Of a DNA stretch of 64,000 nt, positions 20,101 through 34,290 are shown piece by piece; position 1 is the first letter of the stretch, and each line of letters begins with the position of its first letter. A model generated the notes under the pieces. That model was not told where the DNA came from. It searched no databases and saw only the letters and a list, made by a program, of their open reading frames with translations. Source of the stretch: Mayamaea pseudoterrestris (taxonomy: Eukaryota); assembly GCA_027923505.1 (NCBI GenBank), contig BROI01000002.1:2356001-2420000 (forward strand), in the 5' to 3' direction. The translations under genes and the position numbers were made by a program.

Positions 20101-23100
20101 ACGACCTTGAGGAAATGGGTGTGTTTGACGATGACTTCGTAGGATCTACTGAACTGGCCGATATAAGTGTAAGGAGCGGAGGGGCTGGAAGGACGCCAGA
20201 ACCTTTTCGCGCTATGAACAATAGCCACCTGTGCAAGGCGACCGTCACAGCAATGGACGGCCACTTCGCTACATTGAATATTAACTGGAATCCCTTAGCG
20301 GTCAAACAAGTCGTCATGGCAATGGAAAGCATTCTTTTTGTCGCAGGAGAAATTGAGGGGGCTGTTATTTTGTCCAGGCCTTCTGAATTACAGCATAAGG
20401 AAAGAATAAAGACTCCAGTTAGTAGCTGCGAAAAGGACAACTGTTTCCTGCTTGTCAAGGTCTTAATTGAGCGCTTTGCCGTCACCTTGAGATCAGCGAA
20501 GGACGATCTTCCCATTTATATGGTTACGATGTCGACAACTGACTGCTCGTACACATACTGCGAGGGCAGTACAAATGTTTCCTTTAAGGTTGACAATTTT
20601 ACAGTGTCCACACCGGAGTTGGGCAGGACGCTTCCTAAGTACCGCACTATTTTGGGCCTTATGCCGGGCGAGATGGGAAGTCTGCTGTCACTGCAATACT
20701 TTGACGGACCCCGAGCGATGCAGTCGGCACCATTGGCATACCAAACGATATGTGAGGCCTATGCTTCTATCACTCTGTCCCCTGTGCGACTTGTCTACAT
20801 ACACGCACAAGTTATGTCGCTAGCGGAATATATGACAGAGGGGATTCTCGGAGTGGTGTCTGCTAGAGTTGCCATGTCGGCAGCGCAAGCTGCCACAGAA
20901 ATTTCTGCGTCGAAGCGTGCTAACAAAAGGTTTCTTGTCAACGCTACTGGATTAAATGTCTGGGTACCCCGATCGGCTCATTCTGGTGAGCACATCACAG
21001 TCAAGACCGGCAATGCACTGGTCGACTACGTTTCGTCGCCGACTCCCAGCGGAGGGCACACAACTGTCGCTTTAAAGGGTGTCCGCATGGCCGACTCTAC
21101 TCGTCACCAAATGCTAGAAAGTGACGTCAACATAAACATCGAGGCCGATATTCCGCCTGTTGGAGTTGGCTCGGTAGAAGATCAGGCGATGCGAGTGACA
21201 TTGTCGATGTCAGCAGCTGATTTCGTGCTGTCGAAGAATCAGTACCAACAAATAATGCAAACGTTGGTGTCGAATATTGGTGAAGTTGACCTCTTTCTCC
21301 GAGATGCTGATGATGAAGACTTAAATGCTGAAGTAAAGGCTAATAAGTCGGCTGTAAAACCAATGACCCATGCTGGCACTCCAATTATTGATATCCCACG
21401 ACGGATATACTTTAACCTAGAAATCAGCGCATTGACAGTTCTTTTCATCCGCGTCGACGAAGATGATCCGCTAGTCCGAATGTCGGCCGTGCAAGCTATC
21501 ATTACTCTTGCAATTCTCGGTGACCTTGAATTGGTGAAGGCTGAAGCGACTCTGAAGGATCTTGCATGCACGGACGAGCGGTTGGAAGCGATTGGACGAC
21601 AACAACGCTCTCTGATTTATCAAAGATCCTCGGCAGATACACATGACATATTTTTTGTGAGCTACGAATCAACTGCGAATCTTTGCAAAAACCTCAAGCT
21701 GGCGCTTGGCTCGCCTCGTCTAGTCTTTGTCCCCGATGCTGTGTCAGAAGTCCTTCTATTTTTTACTAATGAACAATCCCGATCGTCTGCCGAGACATTA
21801 CTGACATCATCCGACACGAGATATATTGACGAAACTGAAGACTCAGTCGTTATTGACGCGATAAATGAAACTGATGAATTTGAAACTTCCCTAACCCCCA
21901 CTGTTTTACAAATTTCGACGGTGTCTAATTTTGAGGTCAAGACGGAACGATGCAGCCTGTTGCTCGTTGACTTGGGCAGTACCGATCTTCTCCCAAATTC
22001 CAGGATGTCAATTTCAGTTACGTCGCTCGCTGAGACAATTGTATTTGAAGGAGCTTTTGACATAAATTTTTCATCAAAGAGCGCTAATCAATCGAAAAGA
22101 AACGAATCGGTCAATTGTCAATTTCATGCTAACGGCGTTGAAGCCTACGTTGCTTATGGAAGCGAACTTCTAAATCCAATTCAGATACTTGAGCCTGCAG
22201 AGGTATCACTGTACATAGACTCCGGTGCAAATAACGATGGCAAGTCAGCTATGAGCGTCAGAGTAGCGACCGCCGCATCTCTGGATGTCACCATATCCAT
22301 GCGTAATGTAGCCCTGTTTCATGCTATCCTCGCGAGTATCGATGAATGCTTCCAGGAAGGGATGCGCATTGGGGACTCGCAGCAAAAAAATGAAGGCATT
22401 GTAAATGCTGATCAGACAGCTCAAATCGAAAGCCTCGCTAAAGCTTTTTCGAGTGAGCCCGACAGCTCAGTAGTGCTTGATCCGCAGTCGCGATCGGATT
22501 TACAAGTCGCAAATATTGTGCCACGAAGCAATAAGGCAACATCTCGTCGAGCGATGTCTATGTCTGTAAAATTGACGATATCAGAGGCTTCATTAACCTG
22601 TATCAACGATTTACAAGGCATCGACGAAGCGATTATGAGGGTCACTGTACGAAACTTGACTGGAGCGGCGCAGGTGAAAGAAGAGCAGCTAATCCCCGGG
22701 ACGAAGCTGCCGTACACTGCTTTCCAGTTCACATTACAGACTTCAATTCTCGCTGATTACTTTGACAGCGGGGCAAATCAGTGGAGTGTCCTTCTCAGCA
22801 CGCCCTGTGAAGTTGCATGCAGAGCATCTCGCGGCATAAGCCATCGGTTCACCACCAAGCGCCCAAGCACAACCGTGGACCTCGAGAGTTTCCCATTGCA
22901 TCTGACATGCTCTGAACATTTTTTACTTGCTCTCGCATCTGCCAATTACATGTGGAAAGTTTACTCTCAAGCCATAGAGTATGCAGTGATGTCACAAGCC
23001 ACCGACGCGAGTGATCTAAAATTGCGGCGAAGCGTGGCAACCAGCGCCGCTCGTACGCTTATAAAGTCACTGCCCTATGCAATCGAGAATCACACCGGAG

Positions 23101-26100
23101 TCGACATCCAGTTTATGGTAGATGGTGTAAATGGAAGACGACGAAGCGTAGCCCATGGAATGGTCGAGTATTTTACGTTTGCACCACCGAGAAGTGGGTT
23201 AGGCCGTGGCGGAAGACGGCTTTACGGCCAGGATGTTGTTTTAAAAAAGTCTATCATGCTTCTTACTGGGGGAGCATCTTTCCAGCTGGATGATGTTGAT
23301 AAGCAAGTTGCCTTGCCGAAATTTGCATGCGAGTTAGGTGGGCACTTGATTATATGCTCGGTTGGCAGAGAGGGGAATACTGTGGTAAGCCGGTGATAAA
23401 TTTGTGTTCACAGCAGTGCTTCCTTTTACTCATAAGGCTGTCTTGTCAGGTCGTCCATCTCTCCAGCGGCGTTGAAATTAGCAACCGGACATACTTACCT
23501 TTTTCAGTTGGAGTTCGGATCGAAGGCGAAGATATAGATATCGGTGTTTGTCGAGCAAATGAAGGTTACACAGGGAACACCGCCGGATTGCAAGAGGCTT
23601 CAGTGTACGAAGACGGAAGAGTGGCTAAAGCTTCTTCGTATTTTGGCGTACCGTCCGACTGTTTAAAGGGTCACCGAGTGGAGTGGGAGAAGAATGGAGT
23701 CAGTCATCTGACTCTCGTCCTCCGTCCATTGGCGGAATTGACACAAGTGCTGCGAGGTATCGTGACGCTTTCTTGTGACAGCCAATTATTAGCTTCCGCC
23801 TTGAAGCCAATGACAAAACGATACACAGTGATGTGTACAAATCAAACCCAAGTAATTCCATCAGAACGCTATGACGAGCCACTGGAATTTCAAGTCGTTG
23901 TCCTCTATGAACTTATCAATGGGTATCCTTGCCTGGCGATTGTCTTTGAACCCAAAGCCAAGCTCATCAACAGGCTGCCAATCTCTGTCCTAGTTCGGAC
24001 ACCCATGCCTCGTACCTACACAAAGTCGTACAATGTCATCCAAGGCGAAAGAGAATCGATTCATGACGTTGGTCCAGACGAATGGATCGAGATATTTACA
24101 CCCGGGCCATCGATCGCCGTTTCCTTCAAATGCAAAGATTTACCTGTGGCAGGCACTCTTACCGATTGGATGGAAGGGTGGGTAGATCTCCCGCTAGTTC
24201 TAGAGTTTCGACTACTTGAGCCCTTACGTTGCCTATTCCCGCTTTCCCGGCATGTCGCGGATCCTCTAGCGATGAATGCAACACTTGGCGGCCAATTTTT
24301 AATAATCGATGAAGCAGGAGCTACTTTAAAGGCGGAACAACGGGTACAAGGTGAACGGCAGGGACAATTAAATCCGTCCCACTCATACGCTTACGATGAA
24401 CTCGCGTTTACCGTTACGGGGTATAACTATGCCGTCGATCACACGGGAGAAATCCTGTTTGAGCAGGTGTCTTCATCGTCCGCCACCCAGTTCCGACGCT
24501 CTTTCTCCTACGCTGCCTCATCAGAGCGACAAAGTCGATCTGGCCGCCAGTTAAATGCGCCTCTAGGGGCTTTTAACTTAGCTCAACGATATCGCATTTC
24601 TTTGTTGCCTGATTCCCATGTGTCAATAAGGATACTTCAACTAACTATGGAAGGTGACGATGGGATTCGAAAGGGAAGCCCGTTTTTTGTTGACGATGTT
24701 GCCATTTGCGAGGGTGGTGCTCTTTCCAGTCCTCTCTCGTGGGAAGATGGTCGCAAGTCTGGATATTTTGCGTACCGGAAGCTTTTAAGCTCGTACCAAT
24801 CCGAAGTGCACATCATTCCGGAGTATGTTGTGTTTAATGGCGGCGAACAACCAGTAATAATAAAGCAACCGGGATGTATGGAAATGCTCGTGGCCTCAGG
24901 AAAGATAATTGCTTTAAAAACAAACTATGACAAAACAGCCACTATATCAGTGAAGTACAGGTTTGGAGCTAGAACTTCGCCTCTTCGAGTTGATGCACTT
25001 GGGCTTCGTGTGGCCATAATCAAGTCGCCTCGTGGCGAGCCGATCGGAAGTCTCCCATTACAGACTGTTGTCGGCAGCGTAGATTCTCGGCTGGTTATCA
25101 AGCTTGGGGAAGCCAAGCTTGGACCGGCCGCAGCTACTGAGAAATCTCTAACGGGTTTAATCTCATCACTTTCAAGGGATTTCTTTAGACTACGTTTTCA
25201 ATGCTCGGAGCTTAGTGTTACTTTACAAAAGTCGAACCATTTGTTGGATCAAAAGAACGCTATTATGGAACCAACGATTGACCGTCTGCAAACAGGGAGG
25301 TTGCTTTTGACACCGAAGAAAACAAAGCTGCCCAAGGCAGTGGCTGGCCTTAATGCCCGGTCAGGTGGCGACGTCGAGACGTCTGACAGAGAAGCCGTCT
25401 GCACGATACGCTTGCACCGATGCACCGTGGACTGGCAGCGTGTCTTTAAGAATAAACGGGTCAGATCTACACCGATGGCTGCTGGAGATGTCTTAAACTC
25501 GGAGGAGCGGTCGCAGCTTTCTGTCATTATACACAATATCCAGTTAAGAGATGATACTCCAAATTCAGCCTTTCCTGTCGTCTTCGATTCGACATCGAAC
25601 GTAAGCTTTGTGGACTTGTGCGTCCGGTTTCGTGGACCAATCAGCTCTGAATTGGTCAAGGTTGATTTGGTTGATCTTAAACTCGCCCACACGAATGGTT
25701 TATCTCAGCCCATCGTTATTAATACAAGCGAAGAGTTTGTCTGGAAATTGCTTGATCTGGCGAACCGTATTATGAGGGCTGCTGCCGAGTTTTCTGGAGT
25801 TGTAATTGAGCTCAAATGGGACCCAGAGCATGGCGGATACTCGGTCGCAGTTTCCGATACAAAGAACATGCCTGCCGATGATGGCGTTCGCTATGCGCCC
25901 CCAAAGATTGATAAGTTGTTCGATATTAATCAAGTCCGCGTGTCACCGTTCGCGATGCAGCTGAGCTTCCAGCGGGTTCCCATTTCTTCCCGCTACAAGC
26001 TAATGACTGGTTTCCGCGGCGCGAATATTATGAATTACTTTACGACGCGCCTGAAGTTTAAAATTGATCAAGCAGAGCTGAAATTTTCTCGCTTTGAGTC

Positions 26101-26968
26101 GCTTAATGTTCGCGGTCCGCTAGATCACCTGGTTGAAATGTTGAGCACAGTTTATATGTCGCGAATGAAGCTAAAGTTCGTCTCAATCATGACTGCCGCG
26201 AGTTTTCAAGATTGGAAGAAACTGGCTTCTCGAGAAGGTGGCGACGATGAATTTGTTGAAGGGGATCTTCTCCGCGTCGCTGGAAACATCGCGGGCAACT
26301 CGGCAAATTACGTGCTCAAAAAAGCCGGGATGGGATTAGGCCAGGGCATCAGCACTGTCACTCACGCTCTTGGTGACGGAATAGAGAGTGCCACCAGTGC
26401 AGTCGGAGCTAGAACTGTTGGTGCCGGGGTCAACAGTTTGGTGAGCGGCGTCGGGGATGGCGTAGGCGATGCGCTCACAGGAGGTATGATCGAGGTCCAA
26501 CGGTACTCCAGTCACAAGATTTGGTCTTACCGAAGTATTTCATCATTTTCACAGTGGGCACAGGAGCTGGAAAGGTGGTAAAAGGAGTTGGGAAAGGTAC
26601 GAACTCGCGAATAAATCACGTGTTACTTGTAATGCTTCTAAAATCTAACAAATCTCCTTTTGATAGGCGTCGGCCAAGTTTTCGGAGGATTGAGCGGAGG
26701 CGCCGTAATAGTAGGCAAAGGCTTTGGCAAAGGCCTCATCGAAGGGGATGGTAGAGCCATTTCAACTAGCCTAAGTGATGGGGCTACGTCAGTCGGAACT
26801 GGAGTAGGCCAAGGGATCGAAACCTTGGTTCAAGGAACGGCAAGCGGCGTATATTCACTTGGAAATGGAATATTTTCAGGCGTTAAGACGATTGGGCAAG
26901 GGATTGGCGGTGCGTTTACTGGTAAGCATCAGCGTAAACCTTCAATCCACGGCGGCGAGAAACGCTAA
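17124..26968 (+). CDS. VPS13: VPS13-family bridge-like lipid transfer protein (~3200 aa); introns 23385-23449, 26484-26554, 26597-26666
   Basis: Chorein-N start (LERTIGKYVVNLDAESLNVAVWSGKIEL), WWRYAY, DLDIQAPIVVVP and PYAIENHTG motifs, and a Gly-rich ATG2_C-like tail. The splice sites join the three track ORFs in frame. Confidence 0.9.
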
Positions 26969-27263
26969 TTGTAAGTCCTACAAAAGTACGCTCATTAGCA
27001 ACGCTTTCATTTGAAAAGGTTTCTGTTCATTCTCATGTTGTTGCAGGAGCAGCGACGACGAGGGAGTTGGAGCGGACCCGAGTAATGCCATTGAGGCTCC
27101 GCTGTTGCCGAACTCCACGAACATTGTTTAAATCCCAGCAGCCGTGGCTGCTTTCAATTATCGTGTATAAGTGAATACTCTATATTATAACCTTTCCCTA
27201 GTTCATGACACTGACTCAATCACCTGTCGCGCGAGGAGAGATGGGAGGAGAAATCGTGTTACG

Positions 27264-30044
27264 CTAAGCTGCGCCACCAATGCGAATGGCAGCTATTCTC
27301 TCTTCAATTGCTACCAGTGCCAAAGCAATCTCGTCATCGCGGTCAAAGCTAGCAATTCGTTCGGCCAATACGCCGCTATCGATAATCGCAAGCTGACCCA
27401 CATGACCAAGCATTGGATGCGGATGACCTTGCACACCTAACGCAGAAAATACGTTTACCAAGTAATCCAAATCGGCTGCTAGATGCTCGCAACCCTTGGA
27501 ACTCAAGCTTGGAATCCGCGTTATGTTCTCTAGCAATTGACCAGTCACCGCGAGCCCGACCACATCAAGCCATGAGTTACAAAATGCTGTGCTAGCTTTG
27601 ATCGATTCATCCGATTCCACCTCATTGATATCCTCGTCATCAAGAGAGACACTCAACATAACGCGAGCAGATAATTCCTTGCCATCCATTAAAGTTCGAA
27701 GAATACAGCTATCGACATTGCAGCTACAAACTTTCATCAAATCATGCCACTGGGACAAAGCAATCTCACGGACGCCTGTCATTGCTTCGTGAGCAAGCGA
27801 GAGAGACTGGCGATCCGAGGCAAACGGCTCGAGCGTTTGCACCAAAGCGAGCATGTGCTCACCAACAAGTGTAATGTACTGCTGTGGTAGAATGCCAAAC
27901 GAGAAGTCATCACTTGATACACTTTCCCTCCACGACGGCATTGAAGGAACACTTTTTAAATGACGGCGAGGAACTGCCACAAGGACGCCAAACACAAATG
28001 CTTGGCAACTAGATGCCAATCGTTGTTTCGCTTTTCCGACCTGAGCAAAAATGAATTCACCATTGAGACCAAGACGGTGCGCTAATTCAATTGACGCATC
28101 ATTATCTGCGCCAATTGCCTGCCCGCAAATTGTCTTCGTTATGACACAATCAATTTCTACCGCGGACATGGAGTCTGGGAAGTCAAAGCCGAGAGACTTG
28201 GACTGACGCGCAATGCCTTCCACTTCGCTTTCGCGGCATGCGTTTATCGACTGTCGACCGGCAAGAACTAGCAATCTTTCGCGAGTCTCTTTCTCCAAGG
28301 ACTGCATGTTGCGAAAGAAGATCCCTGCAATCTTGAGGACCTCCAACGCACCGATAACGTGAGAGTCGTCGAAACTATCGGCGAAGGCATCATTTAACAA
28401 TGCGTCAGACAATGAATGCACAGCAAGAGCCAGTTCATCCGCATTCTCTGCAAGTATATTATCCATACTGGCAAGGAACTGCGTCGCAGAGTATCCACCG
28501 GTTAACAATTCGAACCGCGAGATAGCACTGACCACAATAGGAATAAAGGCTCCACTAAGACTTGTGAGCCTCTCTGTTGCAAGCTGCAGCGATTCAATCG
28601 ACGAATCCTTCAAAGCTGCGGCGTCTCGAATTTCTTGGGCGACATTGCGCAAAAGCTCACCCGAGTAGTTGGCCTCTAGCTGTGCCAAACGCTCCTGATA
28701 TGTCGCAAAGGGAGCTGCAACCACAAGAAAAGTATGTACAATGCTCTTGTATAGTTCCAAACCAGAATCGGTCGGCAAAGTTCCAGCTTCTACCAAGTCC
28801 AACCAACTTCCAGAAATGGCTTCGTATACGAGCGACAAGAACTGCAAGGTCGATTCAAAAATAGAGCAAATTTTTTCCAGTGATCCATGCGTTGGGGTAG
28901 AAGGATCGCTTGAACAGACTGTTTCTAGACGACTCTTGAAAGAAGTTGAAATTGGACGAAAACACTCGCTTAAAACCTAAATAAGTGAGATGCTAAGTTA
29001 GACGCAATAGCTCGACAGACCGCATGACAAACATAACAACCTCTTTTCGCAAACCTTTATAAGGATTTCCGGCACTAGTTCCGCTCCGAAGACGGCCATG
29101 CATTGTCGTCGTTCCTCGGTGAGAAGCGACAAGACAGCGTCAAACCAGCCAGGAAGCCAAGCTGCGAAATCATGCGACTTTATTGATACTTCCGACTGCC
29201 CTTCTTTGTAATTTGGTGGTGTGTACTCGAACCAAGCCTTGTGCAAAACCAAAGGACGATTCTTGACATATTCCTCCTTGAGAACGTCAATCTTGTGAAG
29301 CTTGGTGTAGAGAGCGACGCATTGTTGAAGGGGTGCAATGCGAGTGTTCATGTTCGCCAGCGCGTGCTTGAGCTGGGGAGCAAGCATGGCGGAGACCTGG
29401 TGGCGAATGTGGTCAATCTGCTGTTGTCGCTGTTCTGGTTGAGGCATTCCCTTCAAAGCGCGTTCTGCGCCCGCCAATTGCGCCAGGGCGGTGACAGCTT
29501 CGGAAAGGTTTTGCGCCGCCAACATTTCGTTTACCGAATGAACAATTGTATCCCATGTCGCAGTAGCCAAAAGAATTTCCTTAGTTCGCGACAAGTTAGC
29601 CTGTAACGCATGCAACATAGTCAATGTCTCAAGCGATGAACTAACATCCGTGTCTCCATCAACGCAAGCCGCACCTAAAAGCGTTTTAGCATCGAGGCGC
29701 AATCCATCAAGTCCCAAGCTGATGCGACTCATGTCTGCCGCGCAGCGAGGTAGTATGGCCTGTAGCTCGGCGCCAATGCGTCCAATATCTTCATGACAAG
29801 CTTGTGTTTGTAGCTGAAGCTGCAAGGCAAGCTCTGTCATTTGTTGTGAAAGGTGTTCGTTATTGGTGACAGTGACAATTGAATCATTCTCCCAGAGTGC
29901 AAGATTGAGATAACTAGATACGGAGAAATCGTCAGAAGAAAGAACTTTAGATAGCTTGTCGTCCATAGTTGATGGTAGGCTAGCCGGTGGAGTCCTGGTA
30001 TTTGTAGCCTGTAGTGAGGTTGCGCCCTCACGATGAGATGCCAT
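27264..30044 (-). CDS. COG7: Conserved oligomeric Golgi complex subunit 7; intron 28977-29054
   Basis: N-terminal FSVSSYLNLAL plus coiled coil with LPR; C-terminal PQQYITLVGEHMLALVQTLEPF and HLAADLDYLVNVFSALG are typical of COG7. Confidence 0.85.
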
Positions 30045-30325
30045 GGTGACTTTTGATGCGAAAAGGTGCTTGCTCGCGCGAAACGAACGTCATCATGACG
30101 TCATTCCACGCGGCACAAAACGCTGCGACATTGGATTTCGGATGGTGGCAATGATCGCCGCCGTGTCCTCGCCATGGGACGAGCGAACCAAATAAATAAC
30201 ACGAGCGAACCAAGACGCAGCGGCAATATACAGTAAGCGCCCTACGGTAGACTCTCCAACATTAAGGTATTTGCGAGTGCCGAGAGCAGAAATAGTCGTT
30301 ACGGACCTACGAAATTTGAGTTACC

Positions 30326-31868
30326 ATGTCTACCACAGCAGCAGTTAGTTGTGAACCTCTGGCGGACGAATGGCCGACATCCTCGGATCAATACAACCTA
30401 CTTGGAAAGATAGGAGTAGGTGCATTTGCTACGGTGTATCGCGCCACGACGAACGACGACCGCGACTGCGCCATTAAGGTCTTAAATTTGGATCACGTTG
30501 ACACGAATTTAGCGGAAATTCGCCTAGAAGTGCAGGCCATGCGATTGTCATCGCACCCCAATGTTTTGTGCTGCCATGCAGCATTTGTACACGAGATTCA
30601 GCTATGGCTTGTCACTCAACTGATGCGCAAGGGATCGAGTCTACACTGCTTACAGACGGCTCGACGTTTCATGCAAAGTCAGCAACGCACTTGTCTCATG
30701 GAGCCGCATATTTTTTACATTTTGCACGAGACTCTCCTTGGTCTCAAGTACATACACGACAACAATACGCTTCATCGGGACATCAAAGCTTGCAACAGTG
30801 AGTTCTTGTTTCGCTGCGTTGCACCAATGATGATGCGAACATATTAGTGCATCCATCATTTTACTCACACTGTACTACTCACCACTCACCACTTACCTCG
30901 CACAGTTTTACTCGATCATGATGGCAGTGTACGAATTGCAGATTTCGGCGTGTCAGGCTGGCTCGTGCAGGGAGGGTCTGCCATTGAAAAGGCCAAGACA
31001 TTTGTTGGCACTCCTTGTTGGATGGCTCGTAAGTTATACAAGGAATTGCACGCAAACTGTTGCTACACTGAAAGCTTATATACTTAGTCAATCGTCTATC
31101 TTTACAGCTGAAGTCATGGAGCAAGTACATGGCTACGATTACGTCGCAGATATTTGGAGCTTGGGAATAACAGCTTTAGAATTGGCCAAAGGTTTTGCTC
31201 CATATGCCAAGTTTCCACCGATGAAGGTCTTAATTTTAACCATTCAAGAGGATCCGCCCAATCTTGACTCGTATATGGACGATGACGCTGACGGCGACGA
31301 ACTTGTGGTGACGGAAGAATACACCCGACTTTTTCAGGGGTTTGTCGAGGCATGTCTGCAAAAAAATCCTGCCAAACGCCCGACCTGTCAAGACTTGCTG
31401 CACAGCAAATACATGATCGCTCTACAAGATGAAACAACTCGGCGAGAGCGACGAGGACAACTACGGCGACAGGTGTGTGATGTCGTCCCGGACGTCGGTG
31501 AAGCGAGCGACCAAACAAATGATCTGAAACAAGCGCGGCATGCCACTGTTAGCTTTGTGTTTTCTCAAGAGACCGATCGAGCACCAGGAACGACATGGGT
31601 CTTTGCCGATGGTTCGCAAGTGCTTTCGACGGCAGCGACGTCGCGCTTGACGACAATTGACGATGTCATGGCGGAGCTTGACGCATTTGGCGAGCTAACG
31701 GGTGGGGAACATTACGATCGAAATAGTGCCAAGCTAAAAGAGTCAAGCGAGGAGTTTCATGCGTTGGAACTAAAACCTAGCGAAGAGCAAGAACAAGAAG
31801 ATGATTTGGATGCTTTTATGGACGAGTTTGAGCAACAGACCGGAGGAGAGAATTTTCAGCGTTCGTAG
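30326..31868 (+). CDS. STE20-family Ser/Thr kinase (OSR1/SPAK/Fray-like); introns 30798-30905 and 31029-31107
   Basis: [46 protein letters not shown] and DIWSLGITALELAKGFAPYAKFPPMKVL motifs. Confidence 0.92.
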
Positions 31869-31904
31869 ATTGCTTGTTTACGAGTATACGTTCATATTTA
31901 TAGT

Positions 31905-34143
31905 TTATACGCGTGACGCCCAGTAGTGTGGGGCGAGCTCATTGAGCCACCTAGCCTCGATAGATGAAACACATCGCAGTTCAATGCCACCTCGTGATCC
32001 ATCGACCGTCTGTCCAAAAATAATGTACTCACTACCGCCCATGCAATGTGAAGAATAAATGCTATTGGGTGATGGAACGACGAGGATAGACTTACGGAGC
32101 GTATAGTATCGACCATCGTTGCCTAGCTTGGCAATGTTAAAGAAAAAACCAGCTGTGACACATCTTCGAATGGCTCGGCTGCGTACTTGCCCGTCGTCAC
32201 CAACAATCCCCATAGCGGAAATCTTGCCAAATCTCTTGAGGACACCGGCTAGCTGTTTTCGAATTTCCAGCGCTCGCTTCATAGCAAGATAGTTCATGAA
32301 TCGTTCTTTGCAGTCTTGTTCCGACCACTGCCCGTCTTCCATTTCAGCTAGGCAATTTACATAGGTGACATGATCCCCGGTAGGGTCGGCAACATCTGCC
32401 ACGGCGTTCTCATAGTCAATCATTGCCTGTGGATGTCGACGACCTCGAGGCGGTTGGAGAATATTCCTGACTTGCAAAGCGGCTGCCAGTCCAAGTACTT
32501 CCCACGCACACTTTTCCGCCAATGATTCCAGCAGCATTCGAGATATGCGAGGATCAGTCGGAAACGCCGACAACTCATTACCCAGCTTTGTCATGTGTGT
32601 TGCCTCGTCAATCGCTCCCAGGGCGTATAATGATTCAAGTCCATGAGAAATGGCATCGACGCTTGGAACATCCAGCAAATCAAATGCAAGTAAATTGTCG
32701 ACCCCTAGCGCCTTAAGCGTGAGAATGAAAGCCGTCAGGTTGGTGCGAAGTATCTCAGGCTGGGTGTCAGCCTTCATGTTAGTAAAGTAATAATTCTCTT
32801 TGAATAGACGATAACATTTGCCCGCTCGGAGTCTTCCTGCACGGCCTGCACGTTGCCGCGCACTCGCTTGACTGATGGGACCAACAATTAAGCGCTCAAG
32901 ACCGGCTATTGGATCAAAATAGGGTAGTTTCACCAAGCCTGAATCGATCACGTGCGAAATGTTTGGCACACTAAATTGGCGGAATCATCGCATTGACAGT
33001 GAGACGAGTTAACAAGTATAGAATAATGTTCAACTCACCCGTTAATACTTACGTGACGGAGCACTCGGCAATGTTGGTTGCAAAAATCATGCGTCGAATC
33101 TCTCGAGCATTTCCCTCGCGCTCTTGATAAACCCTCGCCTGCATGTAGTACGGTAGCGTCCCGTAAAGAGGTAGCAGCTCCACTGATTGGAGCTGATGCT
33201 CTAATTCTTCCTCAGTGATCTGTATAGCTTGATCTATATCTTCCGCAGACGCGAGAAAGCAGAGAATGTCTCCCATTGTGTTGTCACCTCGATGTATTGC
33301 AAGTAGTGTTTCGATCATTTTTAAAATATAGTTTTGAGCCGGCAGAGCGAGATAGAGTATATCTACTGGATACTGCCTTCCAGCTACGGAAATAATCGTA
33401 CCTTTTCCGGATGCTGACCATGTCTGGACCTTGGCCTTGTCAAGTTCAGTTTTCCTCAGTGGTTCACCCCATCGACTTTTCTTTGGCGAAATGTTCGTAT
33501 CGATGGATGCTTGCGGCCCAACAAAAAAGTCAAGAAATATTTGCGCGTCAATGGTGGCACTGCAAACAATGATCCGCAAATCCTTGCGCTTACGACAAAT
33601 CTTCTTTAACAATCCTAGAATCGCATCGCTATCGAGGCTTCGCTCATGTGCCTCGTCAACTATAACCACGGAGTATTTGGACAATAGCGGATCGGCCAGT
33701 GTAGCTTCTCGGAGCAGCATGCCATCCGTAACGTAGTTGATTTGCGATCCAATTTGCGAGTCAAAACGTACCGAGTATCCCACCCGCGCTCCTATTGGAC
33801 AGCCGACTTCCATCGCGACTCGGCGTGCCAGTGTGGTGGCAGCGATGCGTCGTGGCTGCGTGCACACGATGGAAAAGTCATTGCCGGTCCATCCATTCTC
33901 CATGCAATACTGCGGAAGTTGCGTTGACTTTCCTGATCCAGTATCTCCAACTATAACAATCACCTGATAGTGTTCTAGACTGTAAAGAATGAGTTTTCTG
34001 TACTTGTAAATTGGTAAAAGCAGTCGTTGCTGTGCGATCGGTGCTCGATGGCGCTCAAACGAAGCTTGAATGACAAAGTCTGAACTCTCTATCTCTTCAC
34101 AAGTATATCGCGCTACTGGAACAGGTTTCCAAAAGCCAGACAT
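31905..34143 (-). CDS. DHX35: DEAH-box RNA helicase, DHX35-like; intron 32971-33052
   Basis: N-terminal FWKP, then GDTGSGKST, TQPRR, DEAHER, SAT, ATNIAE and QRAGRAGR, followed by an HA2/OB-type tail. Confidence 0.88.
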
Positions 34144-34290
34144 TGCTGACTTGAAGGTGCAGCGGCGGGTTGCGGGTTATCAAGATTCCTCCATGGTCGA
34201 ATCCTTTTTGCCGCACCAGATTCCGAGTACCGGTAAGATGCAATTACGTTTTGGAAGACCCTATCTCGGCCATTGAATGAAAACTGATGC